Assembly: GCA_963849405.1 (NCBI GenBank) | Contig: CAWKHG010000006.1 | Location: 490,350 to 554,349, forward strand | DNA length: 64,000 nt | Source: an uncultured Chloroflexia bacterium | Lineage (GTDB): Bacteria > Chloroflexota > Limnocylindria > Limnocylindrales > CSP1-4 | Direction of reading: 5' to 3' | Program-made: the position numbers and the translations under genes | Part shown: positions 1-10,944 of the stretch, one piece after another | How positions within the stretch are numbered: the first letter of the stretch is position 1 | Layout: each line of letters starts with the position of its first letter | Notes under the pieces: generated by a model | Told to the model about the DNA's origin: nothing | What the model saw: only the letters and a program-made list of their open reading frames with translations | Databases searched by the model: none

Positions 1-1818
1 CGATAGCGTCTTCCGGAGACCCGACGGCGGCTCATCTCAACCTCGCGCGAGAATGCAACGCCTTCAGTTCGGGCTGGTTCCGGATCGACGAGATCGCCTG
101 GTCGGGCTCCACCCTCGACAAGCTTTCGGTCGACATCGTCTGCGTCCCCGAGGATGGGTTCCCGGTCGCAGCGCAGTTCCGCTACCACTCGCAGCGGCCG
201 ATCGTCGACATGACCCAGAGCGTGGACGAGCTGCATTTCCCGGTGACGCCCGTTGGCCAGGTGTCTGCCCCACAGTCCGTCACGCTGCGCAACCGTGGTG
301 GCGTAGCCATCGTGGTGGCCACGTCTGGCATCGCCCATGTCGACCCGCTGTCGCCGAACTTCGACGACGTCACGGACTTCGCGGTCGTCGCCGACGGTTG
401 CCGGGGTCGGACCCTCGCACCGGGGGACACCTGTTCGATCAGCGTCCGCTTCGCGCCCCACGACCGACGGCTCGTCCAGCGCTTCGCTTTCCTCGAGATC
501 AACGACAGTACCGTGAGCGGGGTGCGCAGGGTGGGACTCTTCGGCCAGGCACTCCGGGCGACACGTCTCACGATCGCCCCGGATGCCCCGGTCAGTGTGC
601 GCACCGAAGCCGAGGCGCCGATCCGGCCGCTCCTCGACACGGGCGTCGGGTCGGATTGCTGGTTCGTGCCGCAGTTCACCTGGTACGTGGATGGGACGCT
701 GTACGGCACGAGCTCGAACATCGACGCGGACCGCGCCGCGATCACCGTCCAGCCGCTCGGGGAGCACAGGATCCGGGCTCAGTACGGGGGAAGCCAATAC
801 TGCGCCGCTGCGACCAGCAACGAGATCACGCTGCTGGTGGTCTCGAAGCCCCAGATCGAGTGGTCCGTCTACGAAGAAGCCGACGACCCGGGCACCTTCT
901 GGATCCAGACGTATCCGTCTGCGGTCGTCGACCTTGCCCACCCGGACACCGGCGCGATGTTCACGCTTCGCGATGACAGCACCGGCGAGATCCTCGCCGA
1001 GATCGTGCTTCCGTCGTTCTCGACCGGCGGTCGGGGCATCTCGCTGCGGCACGTGCCGATCGTGGGCACCCACACCCTCCGGGCGACGTACAGCGGCGTC
1101 GCCCCCTTGTACCTTCCTTCCGAGTCGACCTACATCGTGAGCGGCGAACCCGACCTCGTTGCTCCGACCGCCACCGCTGCCGGTCGCGTCGCTGGTCGGC
1201 AAGGTGGTCGCCGGCACGACATCGGTACCCGTGAAACTCGCCTGGACCGGCACGGACGGGGATTCTGGAGTCGCCGGCTACGACCTCGAGCAGCGGATCG
1301 ACGGCGGTGGGTGGACGGCGCTCACCACCAACACGCGCGCTCGGTCTGTCACCCTGCCGCTGAACTTCGGCCACACGTACGACGTGCGCGTTCGAGCGAC
1401 CGATGGCTCGGGCAATGTCGGCGTCTGGGTGCAGGGCGCCCCGATCCTCCTCAGCGGGTTCTCGGAGCGCAGCGCACGGATCGCCTACCGCGGCAACTGG
1501 CGGGACGCGCGGTCCGCCTCGTTCCAGGGCGGCGCCGACCGTTATGCGACGACGAGCACGGCGCGGGCAACGTTCCGCTTCGTCGGCCGCTCGGTCGAGT
1601 GGGTCTCGGCCATCGGCCCCACCCGTGGGACGGCGCGCATCTTCGTGGACGGCATCTACGTCGGTACCGTCAACCTCCATGCCGTGAAGAGCGGCGCGCG
1701 CCGGATCGTGTGGTCCAGGTCATGGAGCAGCGCAGGCACCCACACGGTGGTCATCCGAGTCGGCGCCACGTCGGGTCACCCACGAACCGACCTCGACACG
1801 CTCGTTGTGTTGAACTGA
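1..1818 (+). CDS. Secreted/surface multidomain protein (ASPM/choice-of-anchor D-like Ig, Ig-like repeat, FN3-like, C-terminal beta-sandwich); 5'-partial, frameshift near 1170
   Basis: Frame 3 is open from the window start (IASSGDPT...) through QSVTLRNRG...DFAVVADGC..TLAPGDTCSISVRFAP. It continues in ORF 1159..1818 (WTGTDGDSGVAGYDL...YDVRVRATDGSGN...GRSVEWVSAIGPTRG). Confidence 0.7.
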
Positions 1819-1842
1819 GGGTCTGCTTCTTCGGATTCGCGA

Positions 1843-3246
1843 CTACGGCGCGATGTTGTGGTTCAGGTGGAAGACGTTGTCGGGATCCCAGGCCCGCTTG
1901 AGGGCCGTGAGCCGCTCGAGCTTCGCGTCGCCGTAGATGGCGCGCGTCACCTCGGGCCCGGTCTCGGCGTTCTCGTTCGCGTAGCGGCCGGCGACCCGGC
2001 GGGTGTCGGGCTCGACGATCGCCATCGCCCGGCGCACCCAGCCGACCTGCATCTCGTCGTCGGCGGGGTCCTCCCACGCCGTGTCGGCGCTCACGTCGAA
2101 CCGGGCGTTCCTGCCGGTGAACGCCATCGCATCATCCGGGACGCGTCCGATGGCGCCGCCCTGGACCGTGATCGAGAAGGAGCACCCTTCGGGCCCGCGG
2201 GCGACGTGCTCCACGATCGCGTCGAGGGCCTCCGGGCGGACGTCGTCGGCATAGGCGCCCAGGATGTAGGTCCGGTGGCCCGGTCCCATCGCGAGGTCGT
2301 TCGCAGTCTGCACCTCCAGGTACGGCTGGCTCCCGCCGGTGAGCGAGACCGGCTCGGGACCCTTCAGGATCGGGCCGAGATCGCGATCGACGGCGGCGGC
2401 GTCGCCACTGTGGTTGTAGCCGACGACCACGATCGGCTTGCCGGCGACCGACCCGGGGTACTCCTCGGCAGGCTCCGCGCGGCTGATGGCCAGGATCAGC
2501 GAGACCGTGTCCGGCAGGGCGCGCGGCGTACTCGCGGACGATCGGCCATACCTCATGGACCTGCGATGCGGGGTGGATCCGCGCCCCGCGGTGGAGCAGC
2601 GGACCGAACTCGCGCAGGCCGAACTCGAACGCCGTGACCACCCCGAAGTTGGGACCGGCGCCCCGGATGCCCCAGAAGAGCTCGGGCTCCTCGGTCTCGC
2701 TCGCCCGGATCGTGCGGCCGTCGGCCGTCACGAGCTCGACCGCCTGCAGGTTGTCGATCGTCAGGCCGAAATTGCGCTGGAGCCGGCCCACGCCGCCTCC
2801 GAGGGTGAGGCCGGCGACCCCGGTATGGCCGATCACGCCGATCGGGCACACGAGGCCGTGCGCCTGCGCGGCGACGTCGAGCTCGCCGAGGAGCGCGCCG
2901 CCGTTCGCACGGGCGATCGCGCCGCGTCGGCGTCCACGGTCACGCCGCGCATCCCGGACATGTCGATCACGAGGCCACCGTCCGTCGTCGAGTGTCCGCT
3001 CGCGCTGTGGCCGCCCGACCGGACGGCGATCTCGAGGTCGTGCTCCCGCCCGAACCGGATCGCCGTGGCCACATCGCCGACGCTCGCGGGCCGGACGAGG
3101 AGCGCGGGCCGCCGGTCGAACACCGCGTTCCAGACGCGGCGCGCCTCGTCGTAGACCGCGTCGCTCGGCGTGATGACCTGGCCGCCGCAGGCCTGGCGCA
3201 GGCGGTCGAGATGTCCCGGATCGAGCCCCATCAGCGCTTCGGCCAT
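1843..3246 (-). CDS. FAD-binding oxidoreductase with BBE domain (frameshifted, three ORF pieces)
   Basis: [47 protein letters not shown], and C-terminal [17 protein letters not shown]. Confidence 0.9.
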
Positions 3247-3374
3247 GCCTTCGGCCTCCGTTCGTCGCGGTTCGGATCGTCAGGAGCGACCTTACCCGCT
3301 CGCCCGATCGCGCGCGCGACAGGCGGGCGAGAACGAGGCGTCCGCCCTCGGCGCGGGGCGGCGGGAGTGGGCCG

Positions 3375-4614
3375 TCAGGCGGTGTCGCCGGCGTGGACGA
3401 TATGGTCGAACTGCCGCCACAGGATGGCGACGAGCAGCGCCGAGCCGATGAACCCGAACCAGAACGGGGCCGTGATCCCGAACGTACGCGCCAGCAGCCC
3501 CCCGATCGGTGTCCCGATCACCATCCCGCCGACGATCGCGACCCGATAAACGCCGCCCACCCGTCCAAGGAGCTCGTCGGGGACCGCGCGCTGGCGGACG
3601 ACGGTCGAGGTGGTGCCCCACACGAACTCGTGCGCGCCGAAGACCACCAGGGTCGCGAGCGCGACCGCCGCCGACGTCGTCAGGGCCAATACGAGATGCG
3701 TGGCGGTCTCGATGAGGAGGCCAACGCGCATGATGTCGGCCAGCGAGAAGCGCCGCTCCAGGCGCCCGTAGATCGCGAGCCCGATGAGGCCGCCGATGGC
3801 GGCGGCGGTCGTCAGGAGCCCGAATCCGACCTCGTCCATGCCGAGGCGCTCGATCGCGTACAGCACGAGCACCGACCAGGCTGCGCCGAACGTGACGTTG
3901 AACATGACGATCGTGAGTGCCAGCGTCCGCATCGGCGGATGCGCGACGAGCCAGCGGATCCCTTCCACCATCTCGGCCCGCAGGCTGCTCGTCGCTCCCC
4001 GACCGCTCGCGGGCGCCCGTGACGACGCGCGAAACGAGCACCGCGCCGAGCGCGAAGCACGCCGCGTTCGTCGCGAATGGCAGGAACATGCCCGCAGCGA
4101 ACAGGAACGCGCCGATCGGCGGCGCCAGGAGCTGGTTGGTGAGGACGGACGCGCCCTGCATCCGGGCATTGGCGATGCCCAGGTCCTCGCGAGCAACGAG
4201 ACTCGGTATCAGCGTGCTGCCCGCGGCGTCCGCGAAGTTCTCCGCCGTCCCGAGGATGAACAGGACGATCAGGACGACCGCGATATTGACGGTACCCGAG
4301 ACGATCACCGCCACCAGGGCCGTCAGGACCACCGCGCGGCCGATGTTCACCACGATGACCATCCGCTGGCGGTCGAACCGGTCCGCCAGGGCCCCGCTCA
4401 GGACGCCGAAGAGCAGGGCCGGCAGGTATTCGCTCAGGAGCGCCATCGAGACGAGGAACGGATCGCGCGTCTGCGACGCGACGAGCAGCGGGCCGGCCGA
4501 GATCACGACCCCGTCGCCGACGTTGTTGATGACCGTCGCGGCCAGGAGCCAGCGGAAGCTCCGCCCGAGCCTCCGCGGCGCGATGGCCTCGGTCAGCCGC
4601 TCGGTCGGTCGCAC
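3375..4614 (-). CDS. MFS transporter (frameshift near 3990)
   Basis: GALADRFDRQR motif A and about 12 hydrophobic segments across ORFs 3292..4614 and 3375..4196. Confidence 0.88.
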
Positions 4615-4696
4615 GCGGGAGAGGGTATCAACGCCCGGCTGCGCCGGTCAGGTTACGGCCCGTGGCGGTCGGGTCGCCCGGCGCGATGAGCCTGGG

Positions 4697-6490
4697 TCAG
4701 CGCCAGCCGATCGCGTCGATCGTGATCACCGGTCGTCCGGACGTCGCGAGGTTCGTGATGACGACCGTGTGCGCACCGGCGCTCAGCCACTTCGAGAGGA
4801 GCAGCTCGCGGTAGTGCGTCGAGGTCGCCCGTCGACCGCCATGGAGACCGGAGTCCACGATGTAGCTCTTCCCGTCGATCGTGACCCGCATCTTGCCCTT
4901 GCTCACGCCGGTCGTTCCGATGAGATAGAAGCGATCGCCGGTGAAGTGCACGACCATCGTGGCGCCCGCGCGGCTGGTCGAGGTCTCCGTGCCGCGGAAG
5001 GCTGCCGAGTTGTGGCGCCGGACTGTCCCGAGGTCGAACTGGAAGGAGCGGTCATCCCTGGGGACGATGACCTTGACCTCCTTCCATGCTGTGACATTGC
5101 CGATGGCGTCGCGGGCGGCCACGGCGATGTACCAGGTGCCCGCGCCGAGGTTCGCGAACGTCCGCGAACGTCCGGCCTGGGAGGTGACGGACGACCACGT
5201 GCCCGTCGCGCCCTTCTTGGTCTTGATGAGGTAGCGGGTCACGGCCTTGTTGTCGGTCGCCCGGAAGTTGACGACGAAGGAGCCGTTCGCCGAGCGCACG
5301 AGCAGTGGAGCGGAGAGTTCGCGCATCACCGGGACGCTCGCGTCCACGACGACGTCGATGTACCGCCAGGCCGACCAGTTCCCGGCGGCGTCCGTCGCCC
5401 GGACGCCGATCCGCCACGACCCGCTCGCGAGGCTGAGGACGCCCGCCGCCGGCATGGCCACGGGCGCCGACCACGAGTGCGTGCCCCGCCGGGTCCGTAC
5501 CTGGTAGCCGGTGACCCCGAGGTTGTCCTTGGCCGAGAAATGGATCTGGAACCGGCCGGGGACCTTCGCCGGGGCGTTGAGGCCGGTCATCTTCGGCACG
5601 GCGTCGTCCGGCAGGAGGGTCATCACGGCGGTGATGTTCCGGAGGTACTGGAGGTGGCGAGTGCTTCCCTCGTGAGTGCCCAGCCAGTGGGCGCTTGCCT
5701 GGCTGATGGTCACGTAGCCGGCCCCGTCGTACACGACGACCAGGTGCGCGAAGGCCTTGACTCCAGCCAGCCAGCTCGGGAACCTGGCGTACGTGTAGCC
5801 GTTGCCCGGGGCGTAAGGCGTGGCGCCGTACACGTCCTGCCACGAGTGGTAGAGCATGTTGCCCCAGTTCAGGGTCGTCCTCGCGTAGCCCTTCGTGCCG
5901 GAGGCGCTCTCGGCCTGGAAGAGCCCCAGCGCGAATGCCGGGTTGACGCCGCTGCTCAGGAGCTCGCTGTAGATCGCGGAACCGGACGAGTACGCGGGCG
6001 AGTTCGTCGCGCGCAGGCGATCGATGAACGAGGCCCGGGTGATCGTGGGCCCGGCGAGGATGTGGTCGGCGGCGTGATTGGCGGTCGGCGGGGCCGGACA
6101 GAGCGAGCGGTTGAGGGTCGCGCTCGCCGTGCCGGTGACTCCGTCGGCGTCGGTGATCGTGACGGTCACGCTCTGCGTGGTGATCGAACAGTTGTTGACG
6201 AGGCGCTTGGTCAGGACCGCGGCGGTGGCGTTCCCACTGGCCTTCGCGACGCCGCGCACGGAGAACACGTAGTGGTAGGGCGCGGTGAAGCCGGCGAAGT
6301 GCCCGGTGACGTCAACGCTCTCGAGGTTCGTGGGGCCGATGCTCACCGCCGCCTGGGTGATCGACACGGTGATCGGGCCGGCGGCCGCGGTGGACGCGGG
6401 AGCGGCCAGCGACCCCAGCGCGACGAGGGTCACGAATGCGGTTGCCAGGATGCGTCGGAGTGCGCCAGGGACGCCGGAATTCAGGAACAC
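4697..6490 (-). CDS. Secreted glucosaminidase/lysozyme-like hydrolase with FN3-like repeats and a C-terminal beta-sandwich
   Basis: Signal peptide; GVNPAFALGLFQAES...NWGN...YARFPSW; two repeats of F.ATDN..VT.Y....VRATDAAGN. Confidence 0.65.
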   Translation of the reverse strand: MFLNSGVPGALRRILATAFVTLVALGSLAAPASTAAAGPITVSITQAAVSIGPTNLESVDVTGHFAGFTAPYHYVFSVRGVAKASGNATAAVLTKRLVNNCSITTQSVTVTITDADGVTGTASATLNRSLCPAPPTANHAADHILAGPTITRASFIDRLRATNSPAYSSGSAIYSELLSSGVNPAFALGLFQAESASGTKGYARTTLNWGNMLYHSWQDVYGATPYAPGNGYTYARFPSWLAGVKAFAHLVVVYDGAGYVTISQASAHWLGTHEGSTRHLQYLRNITAVMTLLPDDAVPKMTGLNAPAKVPGRFQIHFSAKDNLGVTGYQVRTRRGTHSWSAPVAMPAAGVLSLASGSWRIGVRATDAAGNWSAWRYIDVVVDASVPVMRELSAPLLVRSANGSFVVNFRATDNKAVTRYLIKTKKGATGTWSSVTSQAGRSRTFANLGAGTWYIAVAARDAIGNVTAWKEVKVIVPRDDRSFQFDLGTVRRHNSAAFRGTETSTSRAGATMVVHFTGDRFYLIGTTGVSKGKMRVTIDGKSYIVDSGLHGGRRATSTHYRELLLSKWLSAGAHTVVITNLATSGRPVITIDAIGWR

Positions 6491-6670
6491 GTGCAGCTGC
6501 GGTCGAGTCCGCCCTCCAGATGGTGAGCCTCTGAGGTGTCTCGTTCAGGTCGCGTGCGACCGGCGACAAGGGTAACCCGGGTGCGCAACCCGGTCGACAG
6601 TACTCATGTAAGGCGTTGCGGCCGGTATGCTGGTCCGAAGAGAAGAGACCTGCACGGAACGGAGAACCGC

Positions 6671-7042
6671 ATGGATTTCAACAGCATCCTCATCGGGTCG
6701 GAGGACCCGCAACGGCTCGTGGAGTACTACAGCAAGGTCCTTGGCGCGCCGACGTTCTCGGACGGCGGCTACACGGGCTGGCAGATCGGATCCGGGTTCG
6801 TGACGGTCGGGCCCCACAGCGAGGTCAAGGGCCGCAACGCCGCGCCCGGCCGGCTCATCTGGAACATCGAGTCCAAGGACGTCGCCGGCGACTTCGCGCG
6901 GATGAAGGCGGCCGGAGCGATCGTCATCGCCGAGCCGTACAGCTTCGAGGGCGCGCCCGGCTCATCGATCGCGACGTTCGCCGATCCGGACGACAACTAC
7001 TTCCAGGTCATGACCGCGATGGAGCCGCCGCCCGGCAGCTAG
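6671..7042 (+). CDS. VOC/glyoxalase family protein
   Basis: RBS GGAG, then MDFNSILIGSEDPQRLVEYY...FADPDDNYFQV. Confidence 0.85.
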   Translation: MDFNSILIGSEDPQRLVEYYSKVLGAPTFSDGGYTGWQIGSGFVTVGPHSEVKGRNAAPGRLIWNIESKDVAGDFARMKAAGAIVIAEPYSFEGAPGSSIATFADPDDNYFQVMTAMEPPPGS

Positions 7043-8049
7043 CCCGGCCCGACCGCCGCGGGGCCGTCGATCGTGACGATGACCTTGCCCTTCGCGTGGC
7101 CGTCATCCACCCAGCGGAGGGCGTCCACGACCTCGCTCAGCGGGTAGCGCCGGTCGATGGACGGCTTGACCAGGCCACCCGCGATCAGCTGCTTGAGCGT
7201 GGCCACGTCCTCAGGGTCGAACGGCTTCCACCACAACAGGAGGCCGCTCCAGCGATCACTGAATTGCGAGATCAGCGGCCCGACGATGAGCGCCGCGAGG
7301 ATCGGCAGGGACGTCCCGCCGAGCGTGACGTAGACGCCATTGGGCTTCAGCGAGCGCCGGACGCGCAGGATCGAATGGTGCGAGTCCGTGTCGACGATCC
7401 AGTCGTACTTCTCGCCGGTCTTCGTGTAGTTCACGCGCTTGTAGTCGATCACGTGATCGGCGCCGAGCGACCGGACGAAGTCCACCTTGTCCGTGCTGCA
7501 GACGCCGGTCACCTCGGCCCCCAGCGCCTTGGCGACCTGGACCGCGAACGGGCCGACGTTGCCGGACGCCCCGTCGATGAGGACGCGGTCGCCCGGCTTG
7601 ACCGTCCGGCCGTTCCTGAGGCGCAGGCCCTGGAGGGCCAGGATCGCGGAATGCGGGAGAGCAGCGGCCTCCTCGAGCGACATGCCGGCCGGGATCGTCT
7701 GGAAGGCCCTCTCCGTGGCGCACACGTACTCGGCGAACGCACCCTGACCGCGGTAGGCGAACATGTCGCCGAACACCTGGTCGCCCGGCCTGAAGCGGGT
7801 CACGTTGGGCCCGACGGCCTCCACGACACCGGCCGCATCGAGGCCGATCCGATGGTCCCGGGGTGCGCGAACACCCATGAACAGGCGCACGAACTGCGGT
7901 CGCGGCGTGAGCCCGTCGAGATCGGCCCGGTTGACGGACGCGGCGTGCACGCGCACGAGCACCTGGTCCTCCGCAGGTTCGGGACGGTCCACGTCCGTCA
8001 CGTGCACCACGTCTGTCGAGCCGTACCGCTCGTAGACCGCAGCCTTCAT
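7039..8049 (-). CDS. NAD(P)-dependent MDR-family (quinone oxidoreductase/alcohol dehydrogenase-like) oxidoreductase
   Basis: VLVRVHAASVNRAD, GASGNVG, GHAKGKVIV. Confidence 0.9.
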   Translation of the reverse strand: MKAAVYERYGSTDVVHVTDVDRPEPAEDQVLVRVHAASVNRADLDGLTPRPQFVRLFMGVRAPRDHRIGLDAAGVVEAVGPNVTRFRPGDQVFGDMFAYRGQGAFAEYVCATERAFQTIPAGMSLEEAAALPHSAILALQGLRLRNGRTVKPGDRVLIDGASGNVGPFAVQVAKALGAEVTGVCSTDKVDFVRSLGADHVIDYKRVNYTKTGEKYDWIVDTDSHHSILRVRRSLKPNGVYVTLGGTSLPILAALIVGPLISQFSDRWSGLLLWWKPFDPEDVATLKQLIAGGLVKPSIDRRYPLSEVVDALRWVDDGHAKGKVIVTIDGPAAVGPG

Positions 8050-8071
8050 GCAGGAAGGGTACCGCCGCGAA

Positions 8072-8467
8072 TCAGTGCGCCTTCGCGATCTCCCAGATAT
8101 GGCCGGCCGGGTCGCGGAAGCTGGCCGTCCGGATGCCCCACGGGCGGTCCATCGGCCCGTTGAGCAGCTCCACGCCGCGCTGGGTCAGGTCCGCGCACAT
8201 GGCGTCCACGTCATCGACATCGATCGTGAACTGCATCCTTGCGCCGGCGTCGGGCGGCGCGACCACGGCCGGCGCGATGAGCTCGGGAGCAGCGTCCGTC
8301 TTGAGCAGGTTGATGAGCGTGTTCCGGAAGTGGAACACGGCCGACGCGTCGTCCTCGAACATGATCGGCAGGCCGAAGGCGCGCCCGTAGAACTGCTTGG
8401 CTGCGTCGAGGTCCTCGACGAACAGGGTGATCGCGCTGATACCGCTCGGCCACGAGGCCATGGTCAC
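8072..8467 (-). CDS. VOC/glyoxalase family protein
   Basis: ITLFVEDLDAAKQFY...DRPWGIRTASFRDPAGHIWEI. Confidence 0.9.
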   Translation of the reverse strand: MTMASWPSGISAITLFVEDLDAAKQFYGRAFGLPIMFEDDASAVFHFRNTLINLLKTDAAPELIAPAVVAPPDAGARMQFTIDVDDVDAMCADLTQRGVELLNGPMDRPWGIRTASFRDPAGHIWEIAKAH

Positions 8468-8507
8468 GTCCTTCCTTTGGTCGACGGCCGATCCGGCCTC
8501 GCCCTAG

Positions 8508-8536
8508 AGACACCGTTCGGACCAAAAGCTCATCGG
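8508..8536 (-). promoter_or_regulatory. Putative ECF promoter (CCGATGAG-N17-GTCT) upstream of the VOC gene 8072..8467
   Basis: Minus strand reads CCGATGAG CTTTTGGTCCGAACGGT GTCT; one of five copies with identical spacing. Confidence 0.7.
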
Positions 8537-8568
8537 CACGAAACCGTCGCTCGGCCTATCGTGATGCC

Positions 8569-9985
8569 ATGGCACTCACGGCGTCCCCTCCCCCGCACGC
8601 GGACCGGCATCGGGTCCTGATCGTCGGCGGCGGGTTCGGCGGCCTGTACGCGGCGCGCAAGCTGAGCCGCGACGAGCGGGTCACGGTCACGCTCGTGGAC
8701 CGGCGCAACTTCCATCTCTTCCAGCCGCTGCTCTACCAGGTCGCGACCGGCGCGCTCAGCCCGGGCGAGATCGCCCAGCCGCTGCGCTCGATCTTCCGCA
8801 AGCGCCCGAACACGACCGTGCTGCTCGGCGAGGCGGTCGCGCTCGATCCGGTCAAGCGCGAGGTCGGCATGTCCGACGGCGGGCCGATCGGCTACGACTC
8901 GCTCATCGTCGCGACCGGCACGCGGCACTCGTACTTCGGGCACGACGAGTGGGCGAAGGACGCGCCGGGCCTCAAGTCGATCGACGACGCGCTCGAGATC
9001 CGCCGGCGGATCCTCATCGCCTTCGAGGCGGCCGAACGGGAAGCCGACCCGAAGCGGCGGGCCGAATGGATGACGTTCGTCGTCGTTGGCGCCGGACCGA
9101 CCGGGCGCGGAGCTGGCCGGCGCGCTCGGCGAGATCGCCAAGGACACCCTGAAGCGCGACTTCCGCTCCATCGACCCGACCCACTCGCGGATCGTCCTGA
9201 TCGAGGCGATGGAACGCGTCCTGCCGCCGTACCCGAAGGATCGCTCGGCCTCGGCGCGGCGCCAGCTCGAGCGACTCGGGGTCACGGTCCGGACGGACAC
9301 GAAGGTCGTCGGGATCGACGACCGCTCGGTCCATCTCGAGGTCGACGGCAAGGAGGAGGTGCTGCCCGCGCGGACCGTCCTCTGGGCGGCCGGCGTCCAG
9401 GCCTCGAGCTTCGCCCGCGTCGTCTCCCAGGCGACCGGCGCCGAGACGGACCGCAACGGCCGGATCGTCGTGGGTCCGACCTGTCGATCCCCGGTCATCC
9501 CGAGATCTTCGTCGTCGGCGACGTCGCATCGCGGCTGCGGCGCGACGGCCGGCCGGTGCCGGGCGTCGCCCAGGGGGCGATCCAGGGCGGGTCGTACGCC
9601 GCCGGCGCGATCCTGCGCCGCCTCGACGGCGAGCCCACGAAGCCGTTCAAGTACTCGAACCGCGGCGAGGTCGCCGATCATCGGGCGGCTGTCCGGCGTC
9701 ACCGACATCCCCTGGCTCGGGCCCTTCGGCCGCCAGAGCGGCTTCATCGCCTGGCTGCTGTGGCTGGGCATCCACATCGCGTACCTCATCGGGTTCGCCA
9801 ATCGGATCGTCGTGCTCACGCGGTGGGCCTGGTCGTTCGTGACCCACGGACGTGGCTCGCGGTTGATCACGGGCGAGCCGCACCTGCCGCCCATCGAGGC
9901 GCCAGAACCGCCGGCGACTCAGACGGCGTCCGCGTCAGCGTCCGAACCGACAGCGAAGGAGCGTGATCCATCACTCGTGGGGTGA
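8569..9985 (+). CDS. ndh: Type II NADH dehydrogenase-like NAD(P)/FAD-dependent oxidoreductase (several frameshifts)
   Basis: VLIVGGGFGG, HLFQPLLYQVATG, VVGAGPTG(x)ELAG, VLWAAGV, IFVVGD, AWLLWLGIHIAYLIGFANR. Confidence 0.85.
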
Positions 9986-10025
9986 GGCCGGCGCGGCGGG
10001 TTCCCAGGCCGTCGGGACACGTCGA

Positions 10026-10054
10026 CCGATGAGTACGCGGCGCTGATCCGGTCT
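10026..10054 (+). promoter_or_regulatory. Putative ECF promoter (CCGATGAG-N17-GTCT) upstream of the alpha/beta hydrolase
   Basis: CCGATGAG TACGCGGCGCTGATCCG GTCT. Confidence 0.7.
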
Positions 10055-10100
10055 GATCGGTAGCGGACCACGCATCGAAGCCGCGAAGGAGGAACCTACC

Positions 10101-10934
10101 GTGACGACGACCGAACAGGCACAAGCAGCCCAGGGTGCCGGCACATACGCCGAGATCAACGGCATCCGCCTCTACTACGAGATCCACGGCTCTGGTCGGC
10201 CCGTGATCTTGCTGCACGGCGGCCTCATGTCCGGCGAGGCGTTCGGGCCACTCCTCCCGGCGCTCGCCGCCGGCCACAAGGTGATCGTGCCCGACCTCCA
10301 GGGGCACGGCCGAACGGCCGACATCGACCGGCCGATCGACCCGCGCCTGATGGCCGGCGACATCGTCGCGCTCATCGGCCACCTCGGGCTCGACAAGCCC
10401 GATCTCGTTGGGTACTCGCTGGGTGGCGGCGTCGCGTTCCATGCAGCGGTCGCGCACCCGGAGCTGGTCCGGCGCCTCGCGATCGCGTCGACGAATGTCA
10501 CGCGCAACGCGATCTATCCGGCGATGCTCGGCCAGCAGGGCCAGGTGAGTGCCGCGGCGGCCGAGTTCATGAAGCAGACGCCGATGTACCAGCTCTACGC
10601 GCGGGTGGCGCCAAGGCCGGAGGACTTCCCGCGACTCCTCGAGAAGATGGGCCAGTCGATGGCCAAGGACTTCGACTTCCGCGAGGAGGTCCGCGGCATC
10701 AAGGTGCCGATGCTGTTCGCCGCCGCGGACGCCGACATGTTCCCGCCGAGCCATGCGGTCGAGGTCTGGGAGCTGCTCGGCGGCGGCCAGCGTGACGCCG
10801 GCTGGCAGGGCGAGGACCGACCGGCGGGCGGGCACGCCTTGGCGATCATCCCGGGCGCCACGCACTACAACATGCCCGAGTCTCCCGTCCTGGCGGCAGC
10901 GGTGCTGGCCTTCCTCGACGCCCCAGAGGCCTGA
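10101..10934 (+). CDS. Alpha/beta fold hydrolase
   Basis: LLHGG, DLQGHGRT, GYSLGG nucleophile elbow, PGATHY; RBS AAGGAGG. Confidence 0.9.
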   Translation: MTTTEQAQAAQGAGTYAEINGIRLYYEIHGSGRPVILLHGGLMSGEAFGPLLPALAAGHKVIVPDLQGHGRTADIDRPIDPRLMAGDIVALIGHLGLDKPDLVGYSLGGGVAFHAAVAHPELVRRLAIASTNVTRNAIYPAMLGQQGQVSAAAAEFMKQTPMYQLYARVAPRPEDFPRLLEKMGQSMAKDFDFREEVRGIKVPMLFAAADADMFPPSHAVEVWELLGGGQRDAGWQGEDRPAGGHALAIIPGATHYNMPESPVLAAAVLAFLDAPEA

Positions 10935-10944
10935 GGCGCGCTCA

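Noticed and set aside
3917-6526. Long antisense or alternative-frame ORFs (e.g. 3917..6526, 17057..19354, 50467..52842, the N-terminal part of 23555..27244)
   Set aside because: Shadow ORFs expected at high GC. They have Arg/Gly/Pro-rich, motif-free translations and lie opposite or over well-supported genes.
6491-6660. Possible c-di-AMP riboswitch upstream of the cell-wall hydrolase
   Set aside because: Only a small hairpin (CCGGGT...ACCCGG) is visible; no ydaO consensus elements were found.
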